Shown: piece by piece, positions 53,620-62,310 of the stretch
Layout: the number at the start of each line of letters is the position of its first letter
How positions within the stretch are numbered: position 1 is the stretch's first letter
From: a virus
Lineage: Duplodnaviria; Caudoviricetes
Length of the DNA stretch: 64,000 bases
Direction: 5' to 3' (one strand)
IMG/VR virus record: IMGVR_UViG_3300014039_000027
Coordinates: 16,713 to 80,712 of that record
Translations under genes and position numbers: made by a program
The notes under the pieces: generated by a model
Told to the model about the DNA's origin: nothing
Database searches by the model: none
Seen by the model: the letters and a program-made list of their open reading frames with translations, nothing else

Positions 53620-54900
53620 ATGAACACCAACAAAACCGAGTCCATCCGCTTTTTCTGGAACGGCATCAAGGTAAACGGCGGGAAGCTGATCCGCTGTTTC
53701 TACCTCACCGACAGCAGCAGCGACAGCGTGACCATCAGCGCCCGCGATTATGACCATCTCCCCCGCGACCTGTTCACCGTCAAGAACGAAACCGACCTTT
53801 ACACCGACTATTTCGACAGCGACAGCGCCACCATCACCCCGGCGCACCCCCTCTACAAGTACGCCCGCGCCGCCGCCCTCAAATCCGCCATGCGCGGCGA
53901 GCCTGAGTATATCGCCAAGCTGGAACAGGAGGCCCAGGACGCCCAGCGGCCGGGCCGCTACCACTGGCGCACCGTGGACAGCATCCGCGCCGAGATCGAC
54001 CGGCGGCAAGCGCAGCTTGACCGCAACGCCGTCGAGCTGGCCACCCTGCCCAAGGGCCACCCCACCGCCGCCGACGTGGCAGCCGTCCACGAGATGAACA
54101 CCGCCGCCGAGTCGGCGCGGCTGGCGCGTGAACACGCCGCCGAGCTGGAACGCCGGGAAAAGGCCATCCGCACCCGCAACGAAAACCGCGCTTTCATCGA
54201 GCAGACCGCCGCCGCGCACCCCATCCAGGACGGCGCCCCGGTCGTCACCGTGGAATGGAGCGAAAACGGCGCTTTTGTGGACGGCGAAAAATTCTCCGTC
54301 GCCGCCGCTGAGATCATCTTCAAGACCATTGACGAGAAGATACACAGCGACCCGGAGCGCGGCTACGACAAAACCAGCTTTTCCATTGAGTACACCAACG
54401 CCGACGGCGAACAGGACACATATAAAGGCCGTTATGACCTGGGCGACAATGACGGCGGCCTGATCGCCCACATTCGCAGCTTCGGCGAGATGTACCGCGA
54501 CAGGGGCAGCCGCAACGACGGCAAACCCACCGCCGACGAACAGGAGACCGGCGCGGCCATCGTCGCCGTGGCCGATCTGCTGGAGCAGTACACCGAGGGC
54601 GGGCGCGTGGTCTCCGTCATGCCAGCGCCTTGGCTGGAAGAATACCAGCGCCGCAAGGCCGAACAGGCACAGCAGGAGCAGAAACAGGCCCGCCAGGACT
54701 TCGCCGACATCCTGGAATCCGTGGAAATGCTGACAGATGAACAGATCGAGCGCGTGATCTTCGCCATCAGCCCCACCGATAAAGAGAAAATCGACGTGGC
54801 CCGCTTCTTCCTACAGGAGCTCAGCCGCCGCGACGAGGCAAACGCCCTGGCGGTGTTCCGCCGCTGGAAGCGCGGGGAAACTCCCGAACAGCCCGACTAA
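53620..54900 (+). CDS. Large polyvalent-type protein with LPD25-like domain
   Basis: PVVTVEWSEN...GYDKTSFSIEY....Y.GRYDLGD..GGLIAHI; AGGAGG RBS. Confidence 0.65.
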   Translation: MNTNKTESIRFFWNGIKVNGGKLIRCFYLTDSSSDSVTISARDYDHLPRDLFTVKNETDLYTDYFDSDSATITPAHPLYKYARAAALKSAMRGEPEYIAKLEQEAQDAQRPGRYHWRTVDSIRAEIDRRQAQLDRNAVELATLPKGHPTAADVAAVHEMNTAAESARLAREHAAELERREKAIRTRNENRAFIEQTAAAHPIQDGAPVVTVEWSENGAFVDGEKFSVAAAEIIFKTIDEKIHSDPERGYDKTSFSIEYTNADGEQDTYKGRYDLGDNDGGLIAHIRSFGEMYRDRGSRNDGKPTADEQETGAAIVAVADLLEQYTEGGRVVSVMPAPWLEEYQRRKAEQAQQEQKQARQDFADILESVEMLTDEQIERVIFAISPTDKEKIDVARFFLQELSRRDEANALAVFRRWKRGETPEQPD

Positions 54901-54946
54901 ACCGAACAGGGGCGGCCCAGCGCCGCCCCGGAAAGGAGCCGACAAA

Positions 54947-55123
54947 ATGAACACCTACCAGCGCCGCAAGGACGCCGCCCGCGCCCAGGCCATCCAATGG
55001 CAAGCCGACTTTTCCGACCGTTCCATGCCGTGGGCGGCCATTGCCGCCGAACAGCAGCGCCTTGAACAGCTGGCCCGCCGCTATGGCCTGGTCCGCGAGT
55101 TCCGCGAAAACGCCATCATCTGA
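54947..55123 (+). CDS. Small hypothetical protein
   Basis: MNTYQRRKDAARAQAIQWQ...RYGLVREFRENAII; AAAGGAG RBS. Confidence 0.65.
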   Translation: MNTYQRRKDAARAQAIQWQADFSDRSMPWAAIAAEQQRLEQLARRYGLVREFRENAII

Positions 55124-55142
55124 ACAGCAGGGAGGAAACCGC

Positions 55143-55376
55143 ATGAACAGCCAGAACAGCAGCGCCGCACAGCCTATTGTAAATGTGATCGTATGCGTCA
55201 AGGGCGGCCTGGTGCAGAGCGCCTATACAAACGCCCACGGCGTAACCGTCAATTTTGACGTGGTCGACCTTGACATGAGTAATTCCCCGGATGATGCCGA
55301 ACTGGACGAGCAGGGGCAAAATCTGGAAATGATTGCCCGCATTGAACACGATCCCAACTGGAGAGCCATCTACTAA
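55143..55376 (+). CDS. Small hypothetical protein
   Basis: VIVCVKGGLVQSAY..V..DVVDLD; GGAGG RBS. Confidence 0.65.
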   Translation: MNSQNSSAAQPIVNVIVCVKGGLVQSAYTNAHGVTVNFDVVDLDMSNSPDDAELDEQGQNLEMIARIEHDPNWRAIY

Positions 55377-55439
55377 ACCGATCAGGGGCGGCCACGCCGC
55401 CCCTCCACAAACTGAACAGCCACGAAAGGAGCCCACACA

Positions 55440-56270
55440 ATGTCTACCATCGAAAACGCCATCCCGGAGACGACCGCCGTCCGCGCCCACTGCGACACCA
55501 TCGCCGCCCTTGCCGCCATGCTGAAAAACGTTGTCACCAGTGACCCCACCGGCGACACCGCTACCAACGCCCTTTCCGCCATCCGCAACAGCCTGAACGA
55601 GCTGGAGACCTACGCCGAACAGCGCCGCCAGCAGAACAGCGAAAAGCGCGACGATACCCCCTATAAGCACGTCTATTTCCGCCTGAACTCCGGCTACGAA
55701 TGGGGCAGCGGCATGAGCCAGGACAAAACCGAAAACTTCTACAGCGACATTCTGGCCCTGTTTGCCGCCGAGGGCTGGACGATCACCCAGCCGTACCGGC
55801 AGGGCAGCGGCGCCACCGTCGCCAACGGGAACAGCTCCCTTTACATCCACCCCCAGAACGCCAGCGGCTACGTCACCGAGGATCTGATCCCCGCCGTTTC
55901 CGCCGCGCTGGAACACGGCTGCACCTTCAAGCACTACGCCACCGACATCTACAATACCGCCTATAACTGGACGGCGCAGCAGTACCGGGACTACCTGAAC
56001 AGCAAGCGCGGCTACATCAACGCCGCCCTGCTGGAAGTTTTCAAAACGCCCCGGCGAAACCTGTATAAATTCGACTACAACGCCCTGCCCGTGGTCATCA
56101 GCAAATTCCACGTCCAGCGCCTGGACGGTCAGAACGGCCATTGCACCGGCGACGTCACCGAGCAGGTCATCCGCGAAATGTTCACCGCCCTTGTGAACAC
56201 CGGCAAGATCGACAAGGGCGAGACTAAGCACGGCACCGCCTACCGCACCGCCCCCAGGCGGCGCACCTGA
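55440..56270 (+). CDS. Hypothetical protein
   Basis: 276 aa; AAAGGAG RBS. Confidence 0.7.
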   Translation: MSTIENAIPETTAVRAHCDTIAALAAMLKNVVTSDPTGDTATNALSAIRNSLNELETYAEQRRQQNSEKRDDTPYKHVYFRLNSGYEWGSGMSQDKTENFYSDILALFAAEGWTITQPYRQGSGATVANGNSSLYIHPQNASGYVTEDLIPAVSAALEHGCTFKHYATDIYNTAYNWTAQQYRDYLNSKRGYINAALLEVFKTPRRNLYKFDYNALPVVISKFHVQRLDGQNGHCTGDVTEQVIREMFTALVNTGKIDKGETKHGTAYRTAPRRRT

Positions 56271-56286
56271 GCAGAAAGGAGCCATC

Positions 56287-56508
56287 ATGCCCACACGGAT
56301 CAAAACCCGCGCCGCGTCCACGGAGCAGGAGCGCCAGCAGCTTCTTTCTGCCGCTGCCGCCCTCCGCACCGCCGCGCCGTACCTCAACGCCGAACAGCGC
56401 CAGCGCGTCTGTCAGGCGGCGGAGCGCTGCATTGAACAGCACCGCCGCACCACCCACACCGCCGAGCTGGCCGCGCTTATCGCCCAGCGCGACGCCCTCT
56501 CCGCCTGA
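56287..56508 (+). CDS. Small hypothetical protein
   Basis: 73 aa; AAAGGAG RBS. Confidence 0.6.
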   Translation: MPTRIKTRAASTEQERQQLLSAAAALRTAAPYLNAEQRQRVCQAAERCIEQHRRTTHTAELAALIAQRDALSA

Positions 56509-56536
56509 CCCCCCCACACGAAAGGAGCGCCCCACC

Positions 56537-57283
56537 ATGACACCCGAAAAGCTTTTGGAAAATCTCTACGCCATCGCCTACTCCCTCCCGGAGACCGAGC
56601 GCCGTTTCTTCTGCGCTCTCGAACCCGCCATCGACACCGGCACCTACGGCGAGATCAACGCCGGTCATCAGCTGGCGCTCCTGGTCCGCGCCATCCGTAC
56701 CGACATGGCCCAGCAGTACCAGCGGGACGACAAGCGCCGCACCAGCGCCGCCGCCATCCGCCGCATCGGCAGGGCCTCCGCATCCAAGCAGGGTAAACTC
56801 CGTCCCCACTTCGCTGGCGCGTTTCTGGACGAACAGGGCCGCCAGTGCATCACGGACGGCTTCACCCTCCTGCGCCTGAACAAGCCCTCCAATGCGCTGC
56901 AATGGGCGCCGCAGCCCAACGATTCCCACGTCTACGACACCATCCCGGAGCTGCTGAACGCCGACGGCGCCACCGTCACCCTCAACCTCCCCACGGCGGC
57001 AGAGGTCCGCGCCAAGATCGCCAGCGACAAGGCAAAATTCAAAGCCTCATCCCCTCCCAAATACGAAATCTTCTCCACCTGCTTCAGCTGGGGCGACGGC
57101 CTTCCGCTGGTCAACGCCCTTTACCTTCTGGACATTCTGGAGGCGCTTCCCGGCTGCACCGCCGCCTGCCGCCCCGGTGAACTGTCCTGCGTCTACTTCC
57201 ATAGCCCGGACGGCGACGCCCTCATCATGCCCATCCGCAGACACATCGCCAACAACGCCGACGAACAGGAGGAACAGGAATAA
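56537..57283 (+). CDS. Protein with sliding-clamp (DnaN)-like motifs
   Basis: RPHFAGA....GRQCITDGFTLLRL and VNALYLLDILEAL...DALIMPIR. Confidence 0.5.
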   Translation: MTPEKLLENLYAIAYSLPETERRFFCALEPAIDTGTYGEINAGHQLALLVRAIRTDMAQQYQRDDKRRTSAAAIRRIGRASASKQGKLRPHFAGAFLDEQGRQCITDGFTLLRLNKPSNALQWAPQPNDSHVYDTIPELLNADGATVTLNLPTAAEVRAKIASDKAKFKASSPPKYEIFSTCFSWGDGLPLVNALYLLDILEALPGCTAACRPGELSCVYFHSPDGDALIMPIRRHIANNADEQEEQE

Positions 57284-57591
57284 TGTCACACATCTGCAAA
57301 ATGACCGGAATGGAGGCCGTGCTGCCCTGCGCCGCGCCCCAGTGCCCCGCTTACGGCGATTGCGCCGCCGCCTACGAAAAGTCCCAACAGGGCTTCCATC
57401 TGGAACAGCACCCCAAAACAAACCTGGAACACTTCCGCGAAATGACCGCCGAGCAGCTGGCGGCGTGGATCATGTGTCCCTACTCCATCGATCCCGACAC
57501 CTGCCGTGGCAAGGAATGCCTCAAATGCTGCACCGACTTCCTCAACGAACCCTATCAGGGCTTCGACCTCGCCCCCGAACAGCAGCCCTAA
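57283..57591 (+). CDS. Cys-rich hypothetical protein
   Basis: TNLEHFREMTAEQLAAWI..CPY...C...C..FLNEP. Confidence 0.65.
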   Translation: MSHICKMTGMEAVLPCAAPQCPAYGDCAAAYEKSQQGFHLEQHPKTNLEHFREMTAEQLAAWIMCPYSIDPDTCRGKECLKCCTDFLNEPYQGFDLAPEQQP

Positions 57592-57713
57592 AACAGCGAA
57601 CAGGAGCGCCAAAAGCGCTCCTGTTTTGTCGTAATTTCCACAAAACGCCCTTGCCATTGCCGCCTGAATGTGCTATTCTGACGGTAACAACAGCAAGGAG
57701 GCCAACAACGCCT

Positions 57714-58163
57714 ATGACACGAGAAGAATTTATTTTTGCCGCCCACAGCATCCTGCCCTACAGCTTTGAGGACACCAACGCCGCCCTGGACCGTGCCTTT
57801 GCCACCTCCCCGGAAAAACAGGCGTACACGCCCCACGACGTACAGGCGCTGGACATCGCCCTCCGCCTTTCCGGGGCATCGCCCGAGCTGTCCGGTATCG
57901 TCATGGACGAGCTGGACATTGAACCGCTTTCCGCCCCCGAACAGCAAATGACCGCCGCGCAGTTCATCGACGAGGCGGAGCGCCAGGGCTTCCCCCGCCG
58001 CCTTGCGGAGCTGGTGACGCAGCACAGCGAACAGGAGACCTACGACATGGCGGACCTGGACGGCCTCGGCCTTCTCGATCTCGTCATCACCCCGGACCGC
58101 TACGACGACCCGGAGATCCACAAAACCATGCAGACCATTTTCTCCGTTTTCGACGGGGAGTAA
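57714..58163 (+). CDS. Acidic hypothetical protein
   Basis: 149 aa, about 30 D/E versus 9 K/R; AAGGAGG RBS. Confidence 0.65.
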   Translation: MTREEFIFAAHSILPYSFEDTNAALDRAFATSPEKQAYTPHDVQALDIALRLSGASPELSGIVMDELDIEPLSAPEQQMTAAQFIDEAERQGFPRRLAELVTQHSEQETYDMADLDGLGLLDLVITPDRYDDPEIHKTMQTIFSVFDGE

Positions 58164-58195
58164 TGATAATTCAAAACCGAAAGGGGAACAAAACT

Positions 58196-58684
58196 ATGAC
58201 CACAAACTACACTTGCCCGGAATGCGGCGCATCCATTACGCAGGATTATCTCTGCGTGCACGATATGTGCCCGTCCTGCGGCTGTCCCGCCGCCACCATC
58301 TACGCCGCCCAGCAGGAAAAGGACGCGCAGGAACGTCGCGAAAGCCTCGCTAAAGAGGCCGCCGCAGCCGCCGCCCTGCCCAAGACCTCCGATGTTCGCT
58401 ACAAAACCAGCGCCGCCAATATGCTTGAGGTGTTTGCGTACATCGTCTGGGTGTGCGGCGGTATCAGCGTCATCGCCATCGCCATTTTGGCCAGCCAGCT
58501 TCGCTACTCCTACTATTCCTCCGGGACAACAGGCACCACTATGTTTTTCTTGGCCGTTGCCGTCGCCACCTCCGCCTTGTTTTTTGGAGGTCTGCTCTAC
58601 GGAGCGTCTAAACTGCTCATCGACGTTCACGCCACCCGCGTAAATCTGGAACAGCTCAACGAGAAGAAGGAGGCGCAGCAGTAA
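58196..58684 (+). CDS. Zn-ribbon membrane protein
   Basis: CPECG..CPSCG plus two TM helices. Confidence 0.7.
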   Translation: MTTNYTCPECGASITQDYLCVHDMCPSCGCPAATIYAAQQEKDAQERRESLAKEAAAAAALPKTSDVRYKTSAANMLEVFAYIVWVCGGISVIAIAILASQLRYSYYSSGTTGTTMFFLAVAVATSALFFGGLLYGASKLLIDVHATRVNLEQLNEKKEAQQ

Positions 58685-59505
58685 TGGCCCTCAAGACCTG
58701 TCCCCACTGCGGCCACAGCGTCAGTGACCAGGCCACAAAGTGCCCCTCCTGCGGCAAGGACCCCCGCTACACCGATTTCCAGCTTGAGCAGCAGGAACAG
58801 CAGCGCAAGAAAAAGCGCAAAAAGAATTTCCTCATTTTGGGATCGGCCCTTGCGGTCGTTTTGGCGGTTCTCTGCGTTATCTATATTCCTCGTTACATCG
58901 AGTATTCCCAAAAGATGAAGGCATACAGCGAGGCGCAGGCTTTTTACGATTCCAGCGAATATGTCTCCGCGGTCAGCTCATTTGAAGCCTTGGGAGATTT
59001 CAAGGATTCCGCACAGAAGGCATTGGATTCCCGGTATCAGTACATACGTGCAACCAAGAGCCGCACAGATCCTGTCACAGAAAAATATATAGAATACCTT
59101 ACCTCAAAAAACTACCCCGACATCCAATCTCTCGCAGACAGCATCTACGGCTGGAAATTCAAAGCCTATGTTACCGACTCCGCATATGGATACCCTGTAT
59201 ACAGCACATTTGGGAAGGACAGCCCTTTGTACGTCAGGTTTACGGCTTTCGGTGGGAAACAGGGCGAGGAGATTTCGGTAGAATATTGGGCCGATTATTA
59301 TGTATCTCCCTACGCTGCCAGTTTGGGATACTCCGATAAAACAGAAAGCGGCGCGATTCCTTATAAAATCAGAAATGGCGACAGTTTCTGGGTTGGTTGG
59401 GAACGCGGAGTCGGCACGATCAAATACAGCCGAGTAAAATTTACGTTTTATAATGCCGCTACACTCGAAACGCTTGCCATCGCCGAAGCTTATATCTCTG
59501 GATAA
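58684..59505 (+). CDS. Zn-ribbon, single-TM protein with extracellular domain
   Basis: CPHCG..CPSCG; KKRKK then TM; AT-rich 3' half. Confidence 0.7.
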   Translation: MALKTCPHCGHSVSDQATKCPSCGKDPRYTDFQLEQQEQQRKKKRKKNFLILGSALAVVLAVLCVIYIPRYIEYSQKMKAYSEAQAFYDSSEYVSAVSSFEALGDFKDSAQKALDSRYQYIRATKSRTDPVTEKYIEYLTSKNYPDIQSLADSIYGWKFKAYVTDSAYGYPVYSTFGKDSPLYVRFTAFGGKQGEEISVEYWADYYVSPYAASLGYSDKTESGAIPYKIRNGDSFWVGWERGVGTIKYSRVKFTFYNAATLETLAIAEAYISG

Positions 59506-59562
59506 AACAGCACACCCCGCACGGCATCCGCCGCGCGGGGGTTCTTTTCTCAAAAATTTCTC

Positions 59563-59611
59563 TTGACATTTTGGGCTACATAAACTATAATCATTTTATG
59601 GGCTACATAAA
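59563..59611 (+). promoter_or_regulatory. Consensus promoter overlapped by a direct-repeat operator
   Basis: TTGACA-17-TATAAT; TGGGCTACATAAA at 59572 and 59599. Confidence 0.8.
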
Positions 59612-59625
59612 GTGAGGTGAATAAT

Positions 59626-59793
59626 TTGAGTCCACGCACAGGACGCCCGAAAGCCGAAAATCCGAAGTCTAATCCTCTCCACGTCCGCCTTGACGACAAA
59701 ACACTGGCAGTTCTGGACGAATACTGCAAGCGTACCGGCAAGAAACGCACGGAGGGCATACGCGACGGTATCATGCTGCTTCCGGGTAAATAA
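59626..59793 (+). CDS. Ribbon-helix-helix (CopG-like) regulator
   Basis: TTG start with GAGGTG RBS; SPRTGRPK...VRLD......LDEYC...G..R.E.IR.GI. Confidence 0.7.
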   Translation: MSPRTGRPKAENPKSNPLHVRLDDKTLAVLDEYCKRTGKKRTEGIRDGIMLLPGK

Positions 59794-60011
59794 AAAAGCA
59801 GAGCGCTCCATCCGACCAAAGATCAGCGCTCCGCTTTCCGCCAGCACCGCATGGGTGCCGTCTAAATCTCATTATAGACGCCGCCCCTGCGAAAGTCAAC
59901 AGCTTTCCGCAGGGGATTTTTGCGCTCATTTTTGGAAATCCACCTTCGGAGTCCCTTGACACGGCGGGTAGCATACTGACTACCAAAGATAAACCGAAAG
60001 GAGATAACCCC

Positions 60012-60806
60012 ATGAATGAGTTATTGACCATTAGCAACGGCCAGCCTACCGCCAGCAGCCGCGACATCGCGGAGCACTTTGGCAAGGAACACAAGAATGT
60101 ACTGCGCGACATTGACACGCTCAAAAAAGATGTGCTCAATTTTGAGCAGATGTTCTTCGAGACTGAAATTCCCGACAGCTACGGCAGACCGCAGCGAGCC
60201 TACCTCATGAACCGCGACGGCTTCACGCTCCTTGCTATGGGCTTCACCGGCAAGGAGGCACTGGCGTGGAAGATGAAGTACATCAACGCTTTCAATGCGA
60301 TGGAGCAGGAATTGCGCTCCCAGCAGCAGGGCCTGACCGAGGCGGACTTCTCTGCCCTCTCCTACGAAGCCCGCGCCATCATCAAGATGGAGCTTCAGCA
60401 GAAGCAGCAGGCGAAGCAGATCGCCGAATTGACCACCCAGCAGCAGGAAACGCGCACGATGGTGAATCAGACGCTCTCTGCTATTACCCGCCCCTCCACC
60501 TCCGATGCGGAGGAATGGAAAGAAGACGTCAACCACACTATCCGCCAGATGTGCGAGGAATACGGCCTGAACTACCACACTACCATCGGAGATATGTACG
60601 CGGAGTTGGAGAAACTGGGCAGCGTTGATCTCACCCGGCGGCAGGCAAACCTACAAACCCGTATGCGCCGCGGAGGCGCTACAGTTGCCGAGTGCCGAGG
60701 CGTCAGCAAACTCCATGTCATTTCACAGGACAAGAAACTGCGCTGGTTTTACGAGGGCATCATTCGTGCCCACCGCGCCCAGCTTGCCGCCTCCCGTATG
60801 TGCTGA
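60012..60806 (+). CDS. Rha-family phage regulatory protein
   Basis: SSRDIAEHFGKEHKNVLRDI; YLMNRDGFTLLAMGFTGK.A..WK.KYI.AFN.ME. Confidence 0.9.
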   Translation: MNELLTISNGQPTASSRDIAEHFGKEHKNVLRDIDTLKKDVLNFEQMFFETEIPDSYGRPQRAYLMNRDGFTLLAMGFTGKEALAWKMKYINAFNAMEQELRSQQQGLTEADFSALSYEARAIIKMELQQKQQAKQIAELTTQQQETRTMVNQTLSAITRPSTSDAEEWKEDVNHTIRQMCEEYGLNYHTTIGDMYAELEKLGSVDLTRRQANLQTRMRRGGATVAECRGVSKLHVISQDKKLRWFYEGIIRAHRAQLAASRMC

Positions 60807-60869
60807 TTACGCCCCGTATACCCCGCTATTCATCCCACACATCACTTATACAATAGGAGGAAACCTACC

Positions 60870-61088
60870 ATGACAGTCCGAGAAATCTGCGCCGTCCTTG
60901 AATTTGCCGATGCCGAAAAGTCTCGCATCGATCTTACGTTCGGCGCGAACTCAGTTCCCTTTAACCCTGCCAACGACCTTGAGGTGCTGGCCTACGGCGA
61001 TTTTGTTATTGACTCCTGCCACGTCTGGGAGGGCGGCGTTGAACTTGTCCTCAAGCAGCAGTTCGTCAAGAAAGGCGGCGCAGCATGA
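60870..61088 (+). CDS. Small hypothetical protein
   Basis: 72 aa; AGGAGG RBS. Confidence 0.65.
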   Translation: MTVREICAVLEFADAEKSRIDLTFGANSVPFNPANDLEVLAYGDFVIDSCHVWEGGVELVLKQQFVKKGGAA

Positions 61089-61249
61089 TCCCCTCCACCA
61101 TCCACCTGGGCGATACCGTCACCCGCCGTATCGCCGACACCGAGAAAAAAGCCACCGGCACGGTGGTCTACATCCATCCGGAGCGCCGCTATTATGTGGT
61201 CGAGTTCCGCATGAAATACGGCAGCTTCCGTGAGGGCTACAACGCCTGA
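61085..61249 (+). CDS. Small hypothetical protein
   Basis: ATGA-coupled; GTVVYIHPERRYYVVEF. Confidence 0.6.
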   Translation: MIPSTIHLGDTVTRRIADTEKKATGTVVYIHPERRYYVVEFRMKYGSFREGYNA

Positions 61250-61507
61250 AAAATTTTTTCAAAAATCTGCAAAAGTGTCCTTGACACGGGGCGCATACTT
61301 AAAATTGCCGAAGGGGACACCCCTCCCCAACGGCTTCGGTGTACCCCCCGAATTATATATGCCCGTCCGTAAGAAGGGCAGCGCCGGTCTTACATCCATT
61401 CTTCCGGCGTCCCCAGCGCAATTCTGGCCGGAACGCGGCCACGGGGGCGCGAGCCCCTTCCGCCGCACGTCAGCTCGCCCACCAGGACGTAAACAAGGTG
61501 GGGATCC

Positions 61508-61583
61508 GGTGTCGTAGCTCAGCTGGCAGAGCAGCCGCCTTGTAAGCGGCAGGTCGTGGGTCCGATCCCCACCGATACCTCCA
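61508..61583 (+). tRNA. tRNA-Thr(UGU), atypical T loop
   Basis: GCCGC-CT TGT AA-GCGGC; acceptor GGTGTCG/CGATACC, U73, CCA; T loop TCCGATC. Confidence 0.85.
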
Positions 61584-61767
61584 AGCCGCCCGTTGGGGTT
61601 CTCGTGCGAGTATCATAACATGGCAGATAGGCCCGCCGCCCAGTCCCGCCCACTATCGGGCACCAGGAGAAGCGTCGGGGCTGCCGGCTAAATGGCGTCA
61701 CCCAGCGCCATAAGAGAACGAGGCTTCCGCCGCGCCGCTAAAGCGGGATATGGCGCGGCACCCATCC

Positions 61768-61840
61768 GCAGACGTAGCTCAGCCGGTAGAGCACCGCGCC
61801 AGGAGGTATGTCGTTGGTTCGAGTCCAACCGTCTGCACCA
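61768..61840 (+). tRNA. tRNA-like RNA with collapsed anticodon arm (pseudo-tRNA)
   Basis: Perfect acceptor GCAGACG/CGTCTGC, D and T arms and CCA, but no canonical 5-bp/7-nt anticodon arm. Confidence 0.7.
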
Positions 61841-61847
61841 ATAGGCG

Positions 61848-62150
61848 TGACCTCTTGCCTCGCAGCCGCACGGAGCGTAAGCCTGCGAAAGTGGTCTTTC
61901 CTGTGCGCTGTACGAAAGCGGCAGGACGAAGTAATTTATTTATTGGCTGGCACCGGCCTTGTAAAGATGAACGGATGCGACCGACGTACCGGCGCAGGGC
62001 TGAAAAGTTCCGTGGTTGGTTCGGGCGCCGGCGTGTGCGGCGAAAATCCGAGGCGAAAATAGCAGATATGGACGCGGCGTGGTAGCGGCTGCCTTCGGGC
62101 AAGGCCGCTGTGTAGGTCAGTAGCTACCCGCGCCGGTGCCCCGCCAACTG
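61848..62150 (+). ncRNA. Candidate multi-branched structured RNA
   Basis: Long-range GGCACCGGC/GCCGGTGCC helix, nested stems, GNRA- and UUCG-type loops. Confidence 0.55.
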
Positions 62151-62166
62151 TGTCCCAACAAAACTC

Positions 62167-62240
62167 GCAGCGTTTGTGTAATGGTAGCACATCGGTCCTC
62201 CAAACCGATAGTGGCGGTTCGAATCCGCTACGCTGCTCCA
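62167..62240 (+). tRNA. tRNA-Gly(UCC) with C33
   Basis: TCGGT-CC TCC AA-ACCGA; acceptor GCAGCGT/ACGCTGC, U73, CCA. Confidence 0.85.
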
Positions 62241-62310
62241 GCCCGGTCTATCCGGGCGCCCACCCCCACCGGGGAGGCGGGCATCCCCCAGCCCCCTCCC
62301 CACTCTCTAC

